A stretch of 60,131 nucleotides of DNA from Cyanobacteria bacterium auto_48_18 (GCA_036170915.1 JAVHQC010000023.1:1-60131); one strand, 5' to 3'. Positions 1 through 9,257 are shown, counted from the stretch's first letter. A program made the numbers and translations. Notes: generated from the sequence alone by a model not told the origin.

Positions 1-1
1 T

Positions 2-103
2 ACCTGCGCCAATTGCGCCGCTGCTTAGGGCAGTGATACTGGTTGCGGCGGTTGCGGATATTATGGTGGTAGAAGAGCTAGGCTCAAAGACGCTGTTATT
101 TAA
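2..103 (+). pseudogene. rpmF: 3' part of 50S ribosomal protein L32, with an in-frame TAG at 26-28 (edge artefact or pseudogene)
   Basis: Frame 2 reads TCANCAAA*GSDTGCGGCGYYGGRRARLKDAVI*. This is the L32 C-x2-C-x9-C-x2-C-GYY-GR zinc ribbon, and it lies directly upstream of plsX (canonical rpmF-plsX synteny). Not in the ORF track. Confidence 0.75.
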
Positions 104-171
104 ACAGTTACTTAGATAACCTGTTTTATTGGTGTGATTAGTTTGACAACGAGTCAAATCTGGAGTCTGGC

Positions 172-1206
172 ATGATTCGAGTAGCCATCGACGCGATGGG
201 TGGCGATTATGCGCCTCGTGAAATTGTTCATGGGGCGATTTTGGCCGCTCGCGAATATGGCATTTCGGTGCAGTTAGTTGGGCTGCTCCCTGCTATCGAA
301 GCTGAACTCAAACGCCATGAGATTGCCGGGCTAAATATTTCACTGGTGGCCGCTTCTGAAGTGGTTGCTATGGATGAAAAACCCAGCAAGGCGATTTTAA
401 GAAAGAAAGATTCGTCAATCGTGCGGGCTATGAAGCAAGTTGCCGATGGACATGCCGATGCCGTTGTCGCATGCGGATCAACCGGTGCTGCGGCTGTGGC
501 CGCTACATTTAATATCGGTCGCCTGAAAAATGTTAATCGCTGTGCCATTGCCTGCGAAATGCCCACTATTCACCCAAATCGCTGCATTGTTGTCGACGCT
601 GGTGCTAATACCGACTGCGATGCCAACATGCTTCTACAATTTGGTTTGATGGGCTCCATCCTTTATTCTGGTTTGCATAATGTCAAACGCCCGCGAGTAG
701 GCGTACTCAATATTGGTGCGGAAGAGACTAAGGGCACTCAGCTGGTGCAAGATGCTTACGCGCTGCTTAAAGCGCGCGAAGATATTAATTTTATTGGTTT
801 TGTGGAAGGCCGCGATTACCCTATGGGTAAAGTTGACGTAGTCGTCACCGACGGATTCACCGGCAACGTTTCGCTGAAAACAGCGGAAGGTATTGCCAAG
901 ATGATTAACCACATGTTGAAACAGGAATTACTCAGTTCACCCCGGGGTAAGATTGGTGGCGCCATTGCTAAACCGGCTTTCCAGGCTCTGAAGAAAAGAG
1001 TTGATCCTGATGAATTTGGTGGTGCTTTCTTAATCGGACTGAAAGGCGTATGTGTCATCGCCCATGGTGGCTCGCGGCACACTGCCGTCAAGAACGCAAT
1101 TCGAGTGGCCTGCGATATGGTGCGCTCAGATGTTGTGCCGAGGATTGAAAAGTCTTTTTTTCAGACAGCCGCTAACCTAGCAGCGGCTGAGACTGTCGGC
1201 GGCTAA
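172..1206 (+). CDS. plsX: Phosphate acyltransferase PlsX
   Basis: IAIDAMGGDYAP-like N-terminus, DVVVTDGFTGNVSLKTAEG and AHGGS motifs. Confidence 0.97.
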   Translation: MIRVAIDAMGGDYAPREIVHGAILAAREYGISVQLVGLLPAIEAELKRHEIAGLNISLVAASEVVAMDEKPSKAILRKKDSSIVRAMKQVADGHADAVVACGSTGAAAVAATFNIGRLKNVNRCAIACEMPTIHPNRCIVVDAGANTDCDANMLLQFGLMGSILYSGLHNVKRPRVGVLNIGAEETKGTQLVQDAYALLKAREDINFIGFVEGRDYPMGKVDVVVTDGFTGNVSLKTAEGIAKMINHMLKQELLSSPRGKIGGAIAKPAFQALKKRVDPDEFGGAFLIGLKGVCVIAHGGSRHTAVKNAIRVACDMVRSDVVPRIEKSFFQTAANLAAAETVGG

Positions 1207-1250
1207 AGCCGCACTAAGCCTAATTTAAAAGATAAACAGGAGAATTGAAG

Positions 1251-2201
1251 ATGGCAAAGCTCGCTTGTCTGTTTCCCGGTCAGGGTTCTCAGAGCGTAGG
1301 CATGGGCCTTGATTTATACAACAATTTTGCCGAAGCTAAATCGACATACGAAACAATTGATGGTATCGCTGGTCGTGCCCTCAGTACTTTGTCTTTTAAT
1401 GGCCCTGAAGAAGAACTGAAACGCACTATCAATACCCAGCCTACGATTCTTGCCACATCACTGGCCGCCTGGGCTTGTTATCAAAAACTTGACGGACCAA
1501 CACCTGACTTTGTTGCTGGACATAGCCTGGGCGAAATTACAGCATTGGTTGCAGCTTCGGCTTTATCTTTAGAAGATGCTGTGCGACTAGTAGACAAAAG
1601 ATCTTCATTGATGGAAAGCTGCCCTAAAGGCGCCATGACTGCGGTTCTTGGTATGGCTGCATCTGACCTCGAAGCTCTGTGTCTTGAAGCTTCTAGTGAA
1701 AGTGAAACTAAGAATGAATGTGTGGTGGTGGCAAATTTCAACACCAAAGATCAGCTTGTCATTTCAGGCCATCCTGAAGCTGTTGCTCGCGCTGGTGCAC
1801 TGGTCAAAGAGCGCTCCGGCAAAGCCATTCCATTGCCTGTGGGTGGTGCATTTCACTCGCCTCTGATGAGCAGCGCCTCGCGTGAATTTGCTCAAGCTTT
1901 AGCTGTGTGTAAGTTTAACAATGCCACTTGCAGCGTAGTGCAAAATTATGACGCTCAAGAATCTCGCCACGCCGAAGTGATGAAAGAGAAACTCAGCAAA
2001 CAAATGGAAAGCCCTGTTCGCTGGACTGCCACCATTGAACTTCTCGCTGCGCACGGTGTCGATACTATTGTTGAAATTGGCCCCGGTAAAGTGTTAGCTG
2101 GTCTGGTTAAGAAAATAGATCGCTCGATCAAGATTTTAAATGTGTCGGACAGCGAGTCTTTGCATGCCACTATTGCCGCATTAAAGGCTGTGACTGTTTA
2201 G
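1251..2201 (+). CDS. fabD: Malonyl CoA-ACP transacylase
   Basis: FPGQGSQ, GHSLGE, GAFHS and EIGPG motifs; AGGAG RBS 8 nt before ATG 1251. Confidence 0.97.
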   Translation: MAKLACLFPGQGSQSVGMGLDLYNNFAEAKSTYETIDGIAGRALSTLSFNGPEEELKRTINTQPTILATSLAAWACYQKLDGPTPDFVAGHSLGEITALVAASALSLEDAVRLVDKRSSLMESCPKGAMTAVLGMAASDLEALCLEASSESETKNECVVVANFNTKDQLVISGHPEAVARAGALVKERSGKAIPLPVGGAFHSPLMSSASREFAQALAVCKFNNATCSVVQNYDAQESRHAEVMKEKLSKQMESPVRWTATIELLAAHGVDTIVEIGPGKVLAGLVKKIDRSIKILNVSDSESLHATIAALKAVTV

Positions 2202-2206
2202 TCTGG

Positions 2207-2234
2207 AAAAAATACCTCCGGAGGTATTTTTTTT
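2207..2234. terminator. Perfect palindrome AAAAAATACCTCCGGAGGTATTTTTT between convergent genes; likely bidirectional terminator or REP-like repeat
   Basis: 13-bp arms with A/T tails. The same 14-bp core recurs at 37611-37624. Confidence 0.75.
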
Positions 2235-2265
2235 GCCCCCGGGCTCGCTCTGTTCTACTGGAAAT

Positions 2266-3591
2266 TTAGCCACCTACAGGCGCCAATTTCTCTTTCTGAT
2301 CTTCATCATAAGCGCGAGCATCAATTTCAATGCGCCGCATCATAATATTGCGGCTGGCCAGCTCGGCAAAGAATAGTTCAGGGTCGATTGCCACTTCGGG
2401 CGCCACCACTCCAGTATGTTTGATTTTTCCTGCCATTAACATCTGCGCCACTATTGACGGTGGTACGCCAGTGTCGAGAGCGCCGCAAGAAATTTTTTGT
2501 TTGGCATCGGAAAAAACAGTTGTTTCCATACGAATAAATTTGAGAGCGCCGCTCTGGCTGCCGCGCACGTCTACTCGCACTACTTCGCAGTCGTCGGGAT
2601 CGTATTTAGGCACTGGGAAACTATTGATAATGTGAGCCAGTAATTTGCGCGGTGTAAATTCACCTTCTCTTGTGAATACCTTTTCTTTAGCGCCAAAACC
2701 CAGGGCCATTAGAAATTTGATTTTGTCGTGAAATTCTAGAGGTAATCCCAAGCGGAATGTCACCCGTTTGATGCCTTTATCTTTATATGTGGCGGGTATG
2801 GTCAAAACTTCCGAATGCAATGTGTAAATTGCTTCTTGCTTACCGACAGGCTCAGGAAAATCAACCATCAGCGCGCCAGAAAGTGGCTCTTCAGCTTTAA
2901 ATTCGCCGTCATCAAACACCATCGGATTCAAGGTGTATTCATCAATTAAAGTTTCGATTGAATATGGTGGCAAAAATGGATGGTCAACTTTGACGTTGTC
3001 TACTGAACCAACCAGAATATCTACAGAATCAATGGTGTCGAGATCTTTTTGCGCTGCTGCGGCCATGATATTGGTCATGCCTGGAGCTGCACCCATGCCG
3101 ACTACTGCCGTAAGATTTTTTGCTTTAAATTGCTCGTCTAATTTCAATTGTTCTTTGGTGACGTGAAAAAGACCACCGAGATCGATATAGTGGCAACCGG
3201 CTTCCAGTGCCGCTTCCATTACATTGACGTTGTGATAATAAGGCGTTGAATTGATTACCACTGAAGCTTTGGACAGTATCTTGACCATGATTGCTTTATT
3301 GGTAATGTCTGTAAAATCGCCTCTAACTCTTGGGTTCTTTAGCGATTCGGCCAGTTCATCGGCTTTGTCACGATCGTAATCGGCAATGACCACGTCTATT
3401 TCGGCATTATTGAGCAAATCTTTGACGATAATCTGGCCCATGGCACCGGCGCCGCCAATTACCACAACTCGTGGGGCATGACTTTGAGCGTCGTCCGCTG
3501 GATTTTCTTGGGCCTGCGATTTGATTAAGTCTGCAGCATCCTGCATAGCTTGTTTCAGCGCTTCTTGAAGAGACTCTGGTGTTTCTGGCAT
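2266..3591 (-). CDS. Saccharopine dehydrogenase family NAD(P)-binding oxidoreductase
   Basis: Rossmann GGAGAMG, ALEAGCHYIDLGG, GMGAAPGMTN, LHSEV and GVVAPE motifs. Confidence 0.88.
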   Translation of the reverse strand: MPETPESLQEALKQAMQDAADLIKSQAQENPADDAQSHAPRVVVIGGAGAMGQIIVKDLLNNAEIDVVIADYDRDKADELAESLKNPRVRGDFTDITNKAIMVKILSKASVVINSTPYYHNVNVMEAALEAGCHYIDLGGLFHVTKEQLKLDEQFKAKNLTAVVGMGAAPGMTNIMAAAAQKDLDTIDSVDILVGSVDNVKVDHPFLPPYSIETLIDEYTLNPMVFDDGEFKAEEPLSGALMVDFPEPVGKQEAIYTLHSEVLTIPATYKDKGIKRVTFRLGLPLEFHDKIKFLMALGFGAKEKVFTREGEFTPRKLLAHIINSFPVPKYDPDDCEVVRVDVRGSQSGALKFIRMETTVFSDAKQKISCGALDTGVPPSIVAQMLMAGKIKHTGVVAPEVAIDPELFFAELASRNIMMRRIEIDARAYDEDQKEKLAPVGG

Positions 3592-3632
3592 GGTGATACA
3601 AACCTGCGGCGGTGTCGGCGGCCACTGATTTT

Positions 3633-3678
3633 AGCGTAGTTTTCGGCGTAAATCGGCAGCGTAAACAGGCAGCGTAAA
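3633..3678. repeat. Four degenerate GCGTA(AA) units at 12-13 bp spacing
   Basis: GCGTA at 3634, 3646, 3659 and 3672; GGCAGCGTAAA is exact at 3655 and 3668. Confidence 0.6.
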
Positions 3679-3679
3679 T

Positions 3680-4213
3680 TTAGTAGCCTTTGACTTCTTT
3701 AGCCAGGCCGCTGCCGTAAGTGCTTGTGCCGGTTGGTGACGAACTCTGGTTGTAGTTATTCTGGCTGCCGTAGGTTGCCACTGGCGCCCGTTTCTGTCTT
3801 GGGACGACCTGGGTGGGAATGGTGACATAGCCATTTTGTTTGACGACGGGGCGACGCAGGTTGTAATTAGGGTTAAGGTCTGAGCGCATGTAATCTCCGG
3901 GCATCCCCACAGTTGCACCCATGCGTGCATTGGGCAGGCCACCCATTTGCTGGCTACCCTGTTGCTGATTGGCTGCCGGTGTGGGTGTCAGATAACCTTG
4001 CGGATAACGTGACTGCGGCTGGGGCGGTGGCGAGCCGTAGACAGGAATCTGGGCTGAAGGGCTCATGGTGCCGCGGGTGATATAAGTGTCAGCCGGACGG
4101 GCCAGGCTGTTGCCCACCACACGTGTGCCGCCAATTTTGTAACTTTGCTGACTGAAGGCCGGCGGGCAGATTATCAGCGTCATTAAAAGTACGGTTAGTA
4201 AATTGAGTTTCAC
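3680..4213 (-). CDS. Secreted low-complexity (P/Q/G/Y-rich) hypothetical protein
   Basis: Signal-peptide-like N-terminus ending AFS; disordered composition. Confidence 0.65.
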   Translation of the reverse strand: MKLNLLTVLLMTLIICPPAFSQQSYKIGGTRVVGNSLARPADTYITRGTMSPSAQIPVYGSPPPQPQSRYPQGYLTPTPAANQQQGSQQMGGLPNARMGATVGMPGDYMRSDLNPNYNLRRPVVKQNGYVTIPTQVVPRQKRAPVATYGSQNNYNQSSSPTGTSTYGSGLAKEVKGY

Positions 4214-4339
4214 AGGGCCCCAACTAAAAGAAAAGGGGATTAAAAATTGAATCCATATCTGGATGATAGCGCGCGCAATATCACTTTACAAGTAGCTGCA
4301 ATACTTTGCTCAGGCCAATTTGAGGGCTTGCAAATGTAA

Positions 4340-5041
4340 TCAATCTGTAAAACGGAATCGGACAAGAGCCAGCACAGCCCATATGCCGTCTTTCCATGTA
4401 ATTTTCTTTCCTTCCGAATAATCACGGCCATAGTATGAAATTGGCAATTCATAAAGTCTGACACCTTGCTTTAAAACTTTTGCCGTAATTTCAGGCTCGA
4501 AATCAAAACGGTCGCAACGAATCTGCACTTTTTTGAAAATCTCGGCGCGGAATACTTTGTAGCAAGTTTCCATATCTGTGAGAGTGGCGTTATAGAGAAG
4601 GTTGGTGGTTAAACTCAAGAATTTATTGCCGAGCAAGTGCCAGATTTTAAAAGCACGTGTTACTTTTCCGCCGCATAAGCGGGAGCCGTAGACAACGTCG
4701 GCACGGCCTTCCAGAATTGGTTTGAGAAGTTCTGAATATTCGCGCGGGTCATATTCAAGATCGGCATCTTGAATGAGAATAATGTCGCCTTCGGCGTGTT
4801 GTTGAGCTGTCCTTAAAGCTGCACCTTTACCTTGATTTTTTTCGTGATAGAAAATTTTTGCATTGTATTTGGTTGCGTCTAACTGGGCGAGAATGGCGCG
4901 GGTACCATCAACTGATCCGTCATCAACAATAATGATTTCTTTTTCCAGGCCAGCTGTGTCGGCTTTGGTGACCATGTCTAAAACCGTGACCAGAGTTTTT
5001 TCTTCGTTGAATACTGGAATCAATATTGAAAGTGTTTTCAC
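4340..5041 (-). CDS. GT2 glycosyltransferase, polyprenol-phosphate mannose synthase-like
   Basis: [35 protein letters not shown] and TDMETCYK motifs. Confidence 0.93.
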   Translation of the reverse strand: MKTLSILIPVFNEEKTLVTVLDMVTKADTAGLEKEIIIVDDGSVDGTRAILAQLDATKYNAKIFYHEKNQGKGAALRTAQQHAEGDIILIQDADLEYDPREYSELLKPILEGRADVVYGSRLCGGKVTRAFKIWHLLGNKFLSLTTNLLYNATLTDMETCYKVFRAEIFKKVQIRCDRFDFEPEITAKVLKQGVRLYELPISYYGRDYSEGKKITWKDGIWAVLALVRFRFTD

Positions 5042-5086
5042 GAACTATTTTTCGTTCCTTTAGATATTTACTAATATAGATTGCAA

Positions 5087-5803
5087 TTATGCAGGCAGGG
5101 AAAGTGCTCTTTTGTGCGCCTGCAATTCTAAAGCATCATCAAGCGTCGACAAATTGACTGCACCGTAACGTCGTAACAATGCCTGACTGAGCAGATGGTC
5201 AGCAAAAGCCGGATTTTTCGGTAACAGAGAGCCATGCAAATAGGTACCGTATACGGTGCCCTGACAAGCGCCTTCGCTTTTGTCTTCACCATTATTGCCG
5301 TTGCCGACTACGATTTTACCGAGTGGCTGTACATCTTTACCAAGAAATGTCTTGCCACTGTGATTTTCGAAACCTACTAAGGTAGTCTCGTCATCTCGCT
5401 TGATAACGACATTGCCGATCATTCTGCGATTACCGGCAACGGTGTAAGCGTCTAATAAAGATATGCCTTTCAGTTCAGGACCTTCATGCGGACGATAATA
5501 ATGACCAAGTAGTTGGTAACCGCCGCATACTGTCAAAACCACGGCACCGCGGGCAACAGCGTCTTTTAGAGTTGCTGCTCTTTTGACTAAATCTTCAGCG
5601 ATGACAATTTGTTGTTTGTCTTGTCCGCCACCGATGAAATAAAAATCGTAGTAATCCGGATCGGCATCCTGACCGATATCTATCGCGTCAACCTTGACTT
5701 CTATGCCGCGCCATTTTGCCCTCTGGCTGAGGGTAATGATGTTACCGCGGTCTCCATATATGTTGAGAAAGTGAGCATAGAGATGGGCGATTCGGAATTC
5801 CAT
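5087..5803 (-). CDS. gatD: Type 1 glutamine amidotransferase, GatD/CobQ-like (lipid II amidation subunit)
   Basis: NIYGDRGN, GGGQDKQQ, catalytic CGGYQLLG, GFENHSG and GTYLHGSLLPKNP motifs. Confidence 0.85.
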   Translation of the reverse strand: MEFRIAHLYAHFLNIYGDRGNIITLSQRAKWRGIEVKVDAIDIGQDADPDYYDFYFIGGGQDKQQIVIAEDLVKRAATLKDAVARGAVVLTVCGGYQLLGHYYRPHEGPELKGISLLDAYTVAGNRRMIGNVVIKRDDETTLVGFENHSGKTFLGKDVQPLGKIVVGNGNNGEDKSEGACQGTVYGTYLHGSLLPKNPAFADHLLSQALLRRYGAVNLSTLDDALELQAHKRALSLPA

Positions 5804-5882
5804 TTTTCCTCGAGATTGTTAAAGTGAACGATTTTTGTAGCGAATATATCGATCTTTTATACGTACTGCTGTTCTTGCTGGT

Positions 5883-5898
5883 GCACTATATATGGTGT
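5883..5898. promoter_or_regulatory. NrdR-box-like near-palindrome GCACTATATATGGTGT
   Basis: 14/16 match to acaCwAtATaTwGtgt; single copy, no nrd gene adjacent. Confidence 0.35.
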
Positions 5899-6327
5899 GC
5901 GGTTTTTACTCTGCTTTCACAAGTATGGAGCACCATGAGTGGTTGCGTTCTTCTGTTGCTAAATTTGAAGAAGCCTTGAAAAGGCCCATTTTACAGCTTC
6001 TTCAAGCTCAACAGCTTTGGTAAAAAAACATGTTTCAAATGTCCGATAAACAGCGCTAGTTTCAGGGTCACGGTATACTTGACTAGGGTTGCCATGAAGG
6101 CCGACTCTGTGAGCCTTTGCGGATTGCGTCTGATATATTTTGGGCGACGAATTTGTTAAATATTAGCGTTTTTTAAGAATCCCCCTTTACGCACCACCGG
6201 CGGCTTTTCGCAGGTTCTGTCAGATCGCAAATTGTTTTATGGGTTTCACTACTACTAACCTCTGGAATATGTAGGTTATGATGGCGTACGTTAGAGTCAG
6301 GTCATTGCTGAAGGAGTGATTACTATT

Positions 6328-6891
6328 ATGAAAAAGGGGTTTGCAACCATTCTTACTGCACTAGTTGCCGTAAGTGCGAGCACCTTGATCAATGCAAATG
6401 TCGCAAATGCTCAAGGTGCTACTAATGTCAGTGAATTGACAGACGTAGTTGGAAATGAGTGGGCGTATAATGCACTCAAGGAACTCGTTAATAGCGACTG
6501 TCATGTACTGGTAGGTTACCCAGACAGAACATATCGTGGACAAAAATCCACAACACGTTTTGAACTGGCTGCCGCTCTATATAAATATGAGCAGTGCATA
6601 CAAGAGCGTCTAGCTAAAAAAGCTGACAAAGCCGATTTGGAAAAATTTGCTGCTTTGTTGGAAGAATTTCGTGGTGAGTTGAACCAACTGAAGGCCCGTG
6701 TCGACAGTCTGGAAGCTCGCATGAAAGCTGTTGAGGAAAAGAATGCTGAGCAAGATATGCGCTTGGCATACGCCGAAAGACAGAAAGGTTTCATTTGGGA
6801 GCGCTTAGTCAAGGGCACATTTATTGATGTCCGTGATATCGGTGTTGGAGTTGGTCGTGGGGCGAGAGCCATCTACGAGTACATGTTCTAA
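6328..6891 (+). CDS. SLH-domain/coiled-coil protein resembling the N-terminus of cyanobacterial SomA/OprB porins, without a beta-barrel
   Basis: Signal peptide, then VSELTDV..EWAYNALKELV..GYPDRTYRG..TRFELAAAL and EEFRGELNQLKARVDSLEAR; AAGGAG RBS. Confidence 0.88.
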   Translation: MKKGFATILTALVAVSASTLINANVANAQGATNVSELTDVVGNEWAYNALKELVNSDCHVLVGYPDRTYRGQKSTTRFELAAALYKYEQCIQERLAKKADKADLEKFAALLEEFRGELNQLKARVDSLEARMKAVEEKNAEQDMRLAYAERQKGFIWERLVKGTFIDVRDIGVGVGRGARAIYEYMF

Positions 6892-6935
6892 CCAAAACCT
6901 CCCTGCGCGAGCTTGGACCTGACTGAACTACGCGG

Positions 6936-6969
6936 AACTCCCGTCGGCTTTATCGCCGCCGGGAGTTTT
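6936..6969 (+). terminator. Intrinsic terminator after the SLH gene
   Basis: AACTCCCG-CGGC/GCCG-CGGGAGTT stem followed by T residues. Confidence 0.7.
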
Positions 6970-7007
6970 CGTCTTAAATTATGGTGTCAAGGTCTTGACC
7001 TCCTGCA

Positions 7008-7814
7008 TTGAAATCGAAGGAGTCGCCTTTGTCTCATCTCTATGCTGATGAGCTTTCCTTTGCGCTGACAATTAGCGAAGAGGTAGAAAAGCTGGCCATG
7101 AGCTACTTCAATAAAGGCATTGAAGTGGTGGAAAAATCTGATGGCAGCCCTGTAACCAGGGCTGATAAAGAAGTTGAGCGCCTGATCCGAGAAGCGATCG
7201 AGAAAAAATTTCCCGGTGACGCCATTCTTGGTGAAGAAGAAGGCGCCACTGATGGTGCCTCAAGTGAAAAAAATGGCCGGCGATGGATTGTTGATCCCAT
7301 AGACGGTACTTACAACTACGCTCGCGGTATTCCCATCTGGTCAACATTGCTTGCACTTGAAGTGGCGGGCGAAATTGTCATGGGCATGATTGTGGCTCCA
7401 GCGATGCATGAACTTTTCTATGCGGTCACTGGACAGGGCGCCTTTAAAAACTACATTCCTATTAAAGTCTCAGAGATTGCCAGCATGGATAAAGCCATGA
7501 TCAATTTTGGCGGCCCTGATCGCATTATCGAAAAAGGCTTGTGGCCTGAATTGACTGAAGCAATTAGAGCAACTGAAAAACAGCGTGGCTTTGGCGACTA
7601 TCTAGGATTTTCGCTTGTATTTGAAGGCAAATCAGAAGCGATGCTCGAAGTTGGTGTCAAACCATGGGACATCGCTTGCATGAAAATTCTGGCTCTGGAA
7701 GCGGGCGGAGGCTTCTTTGATCTATCCGGCGGCGATTCGGTGCATACAGGTTCTTGCATGGTGACCAACAGTCGGTTGATGCCTGAGTTTAAAAAGTTGT
7801 TCGTAAAAACGTAA
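7008..7814 (+). CDS. Inositol monophosphatase family, histidinol-phosphatase (HisN)-like
   Basis: KSDGSPVTRAD, ILGEE, WIVDPIDGT and PWD motifs. Confidence 0.88.
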   Translation: MKSKESPLSHLYADELSFALTISEEVEKLAMSYFNKGIEVVEKSDGSPVTRADKEVERLIREAIEKKFPGDAILGEEEGATDGASSEKNGRRWIVDPIDGTYNYARGIPIWSTLLALEVAGEIVMGMIVAPAMHELFYAVTGQGAFKNYIPIKVSEIASMDKAMINFGGPDRIIEKGLWPELTEAIRATEKQRGFGDYLGFSLVFEGKSEAMLEVGVKPWDIACMKILALEAGGGFFDLSGGDSVHTGSCMVTNSRLMPEFKKLFVKT

Positions 7815-9196
7815 TGGACAAGGCGGAATGGTCTAAATCAATAAAGGCTCGCATGGCACTGGTTATGACCATGTCTGGTGTGGTGCCAATTGTGATTTGC
7901 CACGTGGTAGTCTTCAGTTCCAGCGGTGCTCCGATCGAAGATTTTTTGCGTTATGTGCCCTTGTATGTGCCACTACTTCTGGTGCTGCTGGTAGTAAATT
8001 GGTTTCTCGCCGATTTAATCTTGCGGCCCATTACTCAGTTGCTGACTGCCACCACTAAACTCGTATCCGAAGATATTCGTCAACGTCTAGAGGTTGATCC
8101 TCATGAGCCTCTTGAAACTTTAGAGCTACGTAAATCATTCAATAAATTGCTCAACCGCCTGGAAGAATCGCTCAATATCCAATGTCAATTCGTCGCTGAT
8201 GCCAGTCATGAGTTGCGCACACCTCTGACTTCGATTCAGGGCTATACAAAGTTGCTTCTCAGGCGAGGGCCTAATATCGACGGCAACCTCCTGGCTGAGG
8301 CCCTACAGACCATTTCAGACGAGTCTGGCAGGCTAATTCGACTGGTTTCCGATTTGCTGCAATTGGCGCGGGCCGATGCCGGTCAAGCAATTATTAATCA
8401 GCAAGAAGTGGTGGATTTGCGCGCTGTCTTAACCAGCGTCGAAGACACTGTGATGGTAATCGCACCAGAGCAGATCGAAGTGCAATTTATTATTCCTCCT
8501 ACTCAAATTTATGTTTTTGCTGATTCAGATCGATTGAAACAAGTGTTTCTCAATCTCACGAACAATGCCATCAAAGCTACGCAAGCTGGTGGGAAGGTGA
8601 CGGTGACTCTTCGTTTCACAAACAACCAGGCCATTGTGCGCGTTATTGACACCGGCATTGGTATTGCCCCTGCCGATCAGCAGCGCATTTTCGATCGGTT
8701 TTATCGTGTTGAAAGGTCGCGCACCAGAAGTAGACTATATGGCGGCGGCACCGGTTTAGGGCTGGCTATCGCTCTCACCATTATTAAAGCTCACGGCGGC
8801 GCTATTGAGCTTGAGAGCGAACTAAACAAAGGATCGACCTTTACTGTGCGGCTGCCTGTCACCGATAAAGATGATAAGTCTGGTCTGGCACCGGCGCCGC
8901 TGACTCAGATGACGCCATCAGAGCGCAGAAACAATGAGCGCATTGCCGAAGCCGAGCGCAAGAACGAAGCGGCTCCTGTGGATGAAGCCGTTGTGAATAC
9001 TCCGGAAATGTCACCCACACCGCTCAATACTCCATCATCTGGCCCGGTTTCACTGCCGCAATCTAGTGCTGACGGTATCAATGGTACTAACGGTACCAGT
9101 GGTGGTGTCGCAAGCCAGCCTGGTCTAGATCAACCTAAACCACCAGAGCGGCCGCAAAGAAATTTCGGGCCTCCTCCTGAGGACGAAGATGATTAA
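7814..9196 (+). CDS. HAMP-domain sensor histidine kinase with a Pro-rich C-terminal tail
   Basis: Two TM segments, HAMP, H-box ASHELRTPLT, N-box NLTNNAIK, DTGIGI, FDRFYRV, GGTGLGLAI; TAATG overlap with the upstream gene. Confidence 0.95.
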   Translation: MDKAEWSKSIKARMALVMTMSGVVPIVICHVVVFSSSGAPIEDFLRYVPLYVPLLLVLLVVNWFLADLILRPITQLLTATTKLVSEDIRQRLEVDPHEPLETLELRKSFNKLLNRLEESLNIQCQFVADASHELRTPLTSIQGYTKLLLRRGPNIDGNLLAEALQTISDESGRLIRLVSDLLQLARADAGQAIINQQEVVDLRAVLTSVEDTVMVIAPEQIEVQFIIPPTQIYVFADSDRLKQVFLNLTNNAIKATQAGGKVTVTLRFTNNQAIVRVIDTGIGIAPADQQRIFDRFYRVERSRTRSRLYGGGTGLGLAIALTIIKAHGGAIELESELNKGSTFTVRLPVTDKDDKSGLAPAPLTQMTPSERRNNERIAEAERKNEAAPVDEAVVNTPEMSPTPLNTPSSGPVSLPQSSADGINGTNGTSGGVASQPGLDQPKPPERPQRNFGPPPEDEDD

Positions 9197-9257
9197 GTGA
9201 TTAAGTTAGCATTGGCCAGTAACTACCGTATAAAGTAACCAGCTTAAGGCGAGAACA

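Noticed and set aside
26..28. TAG recoding (alternative genetic code or amber readthrough)
   Set aside because: TAG terminates well-conserved genes here at their expected ends (fabD, kdsA, sufB, rplY, pyk).
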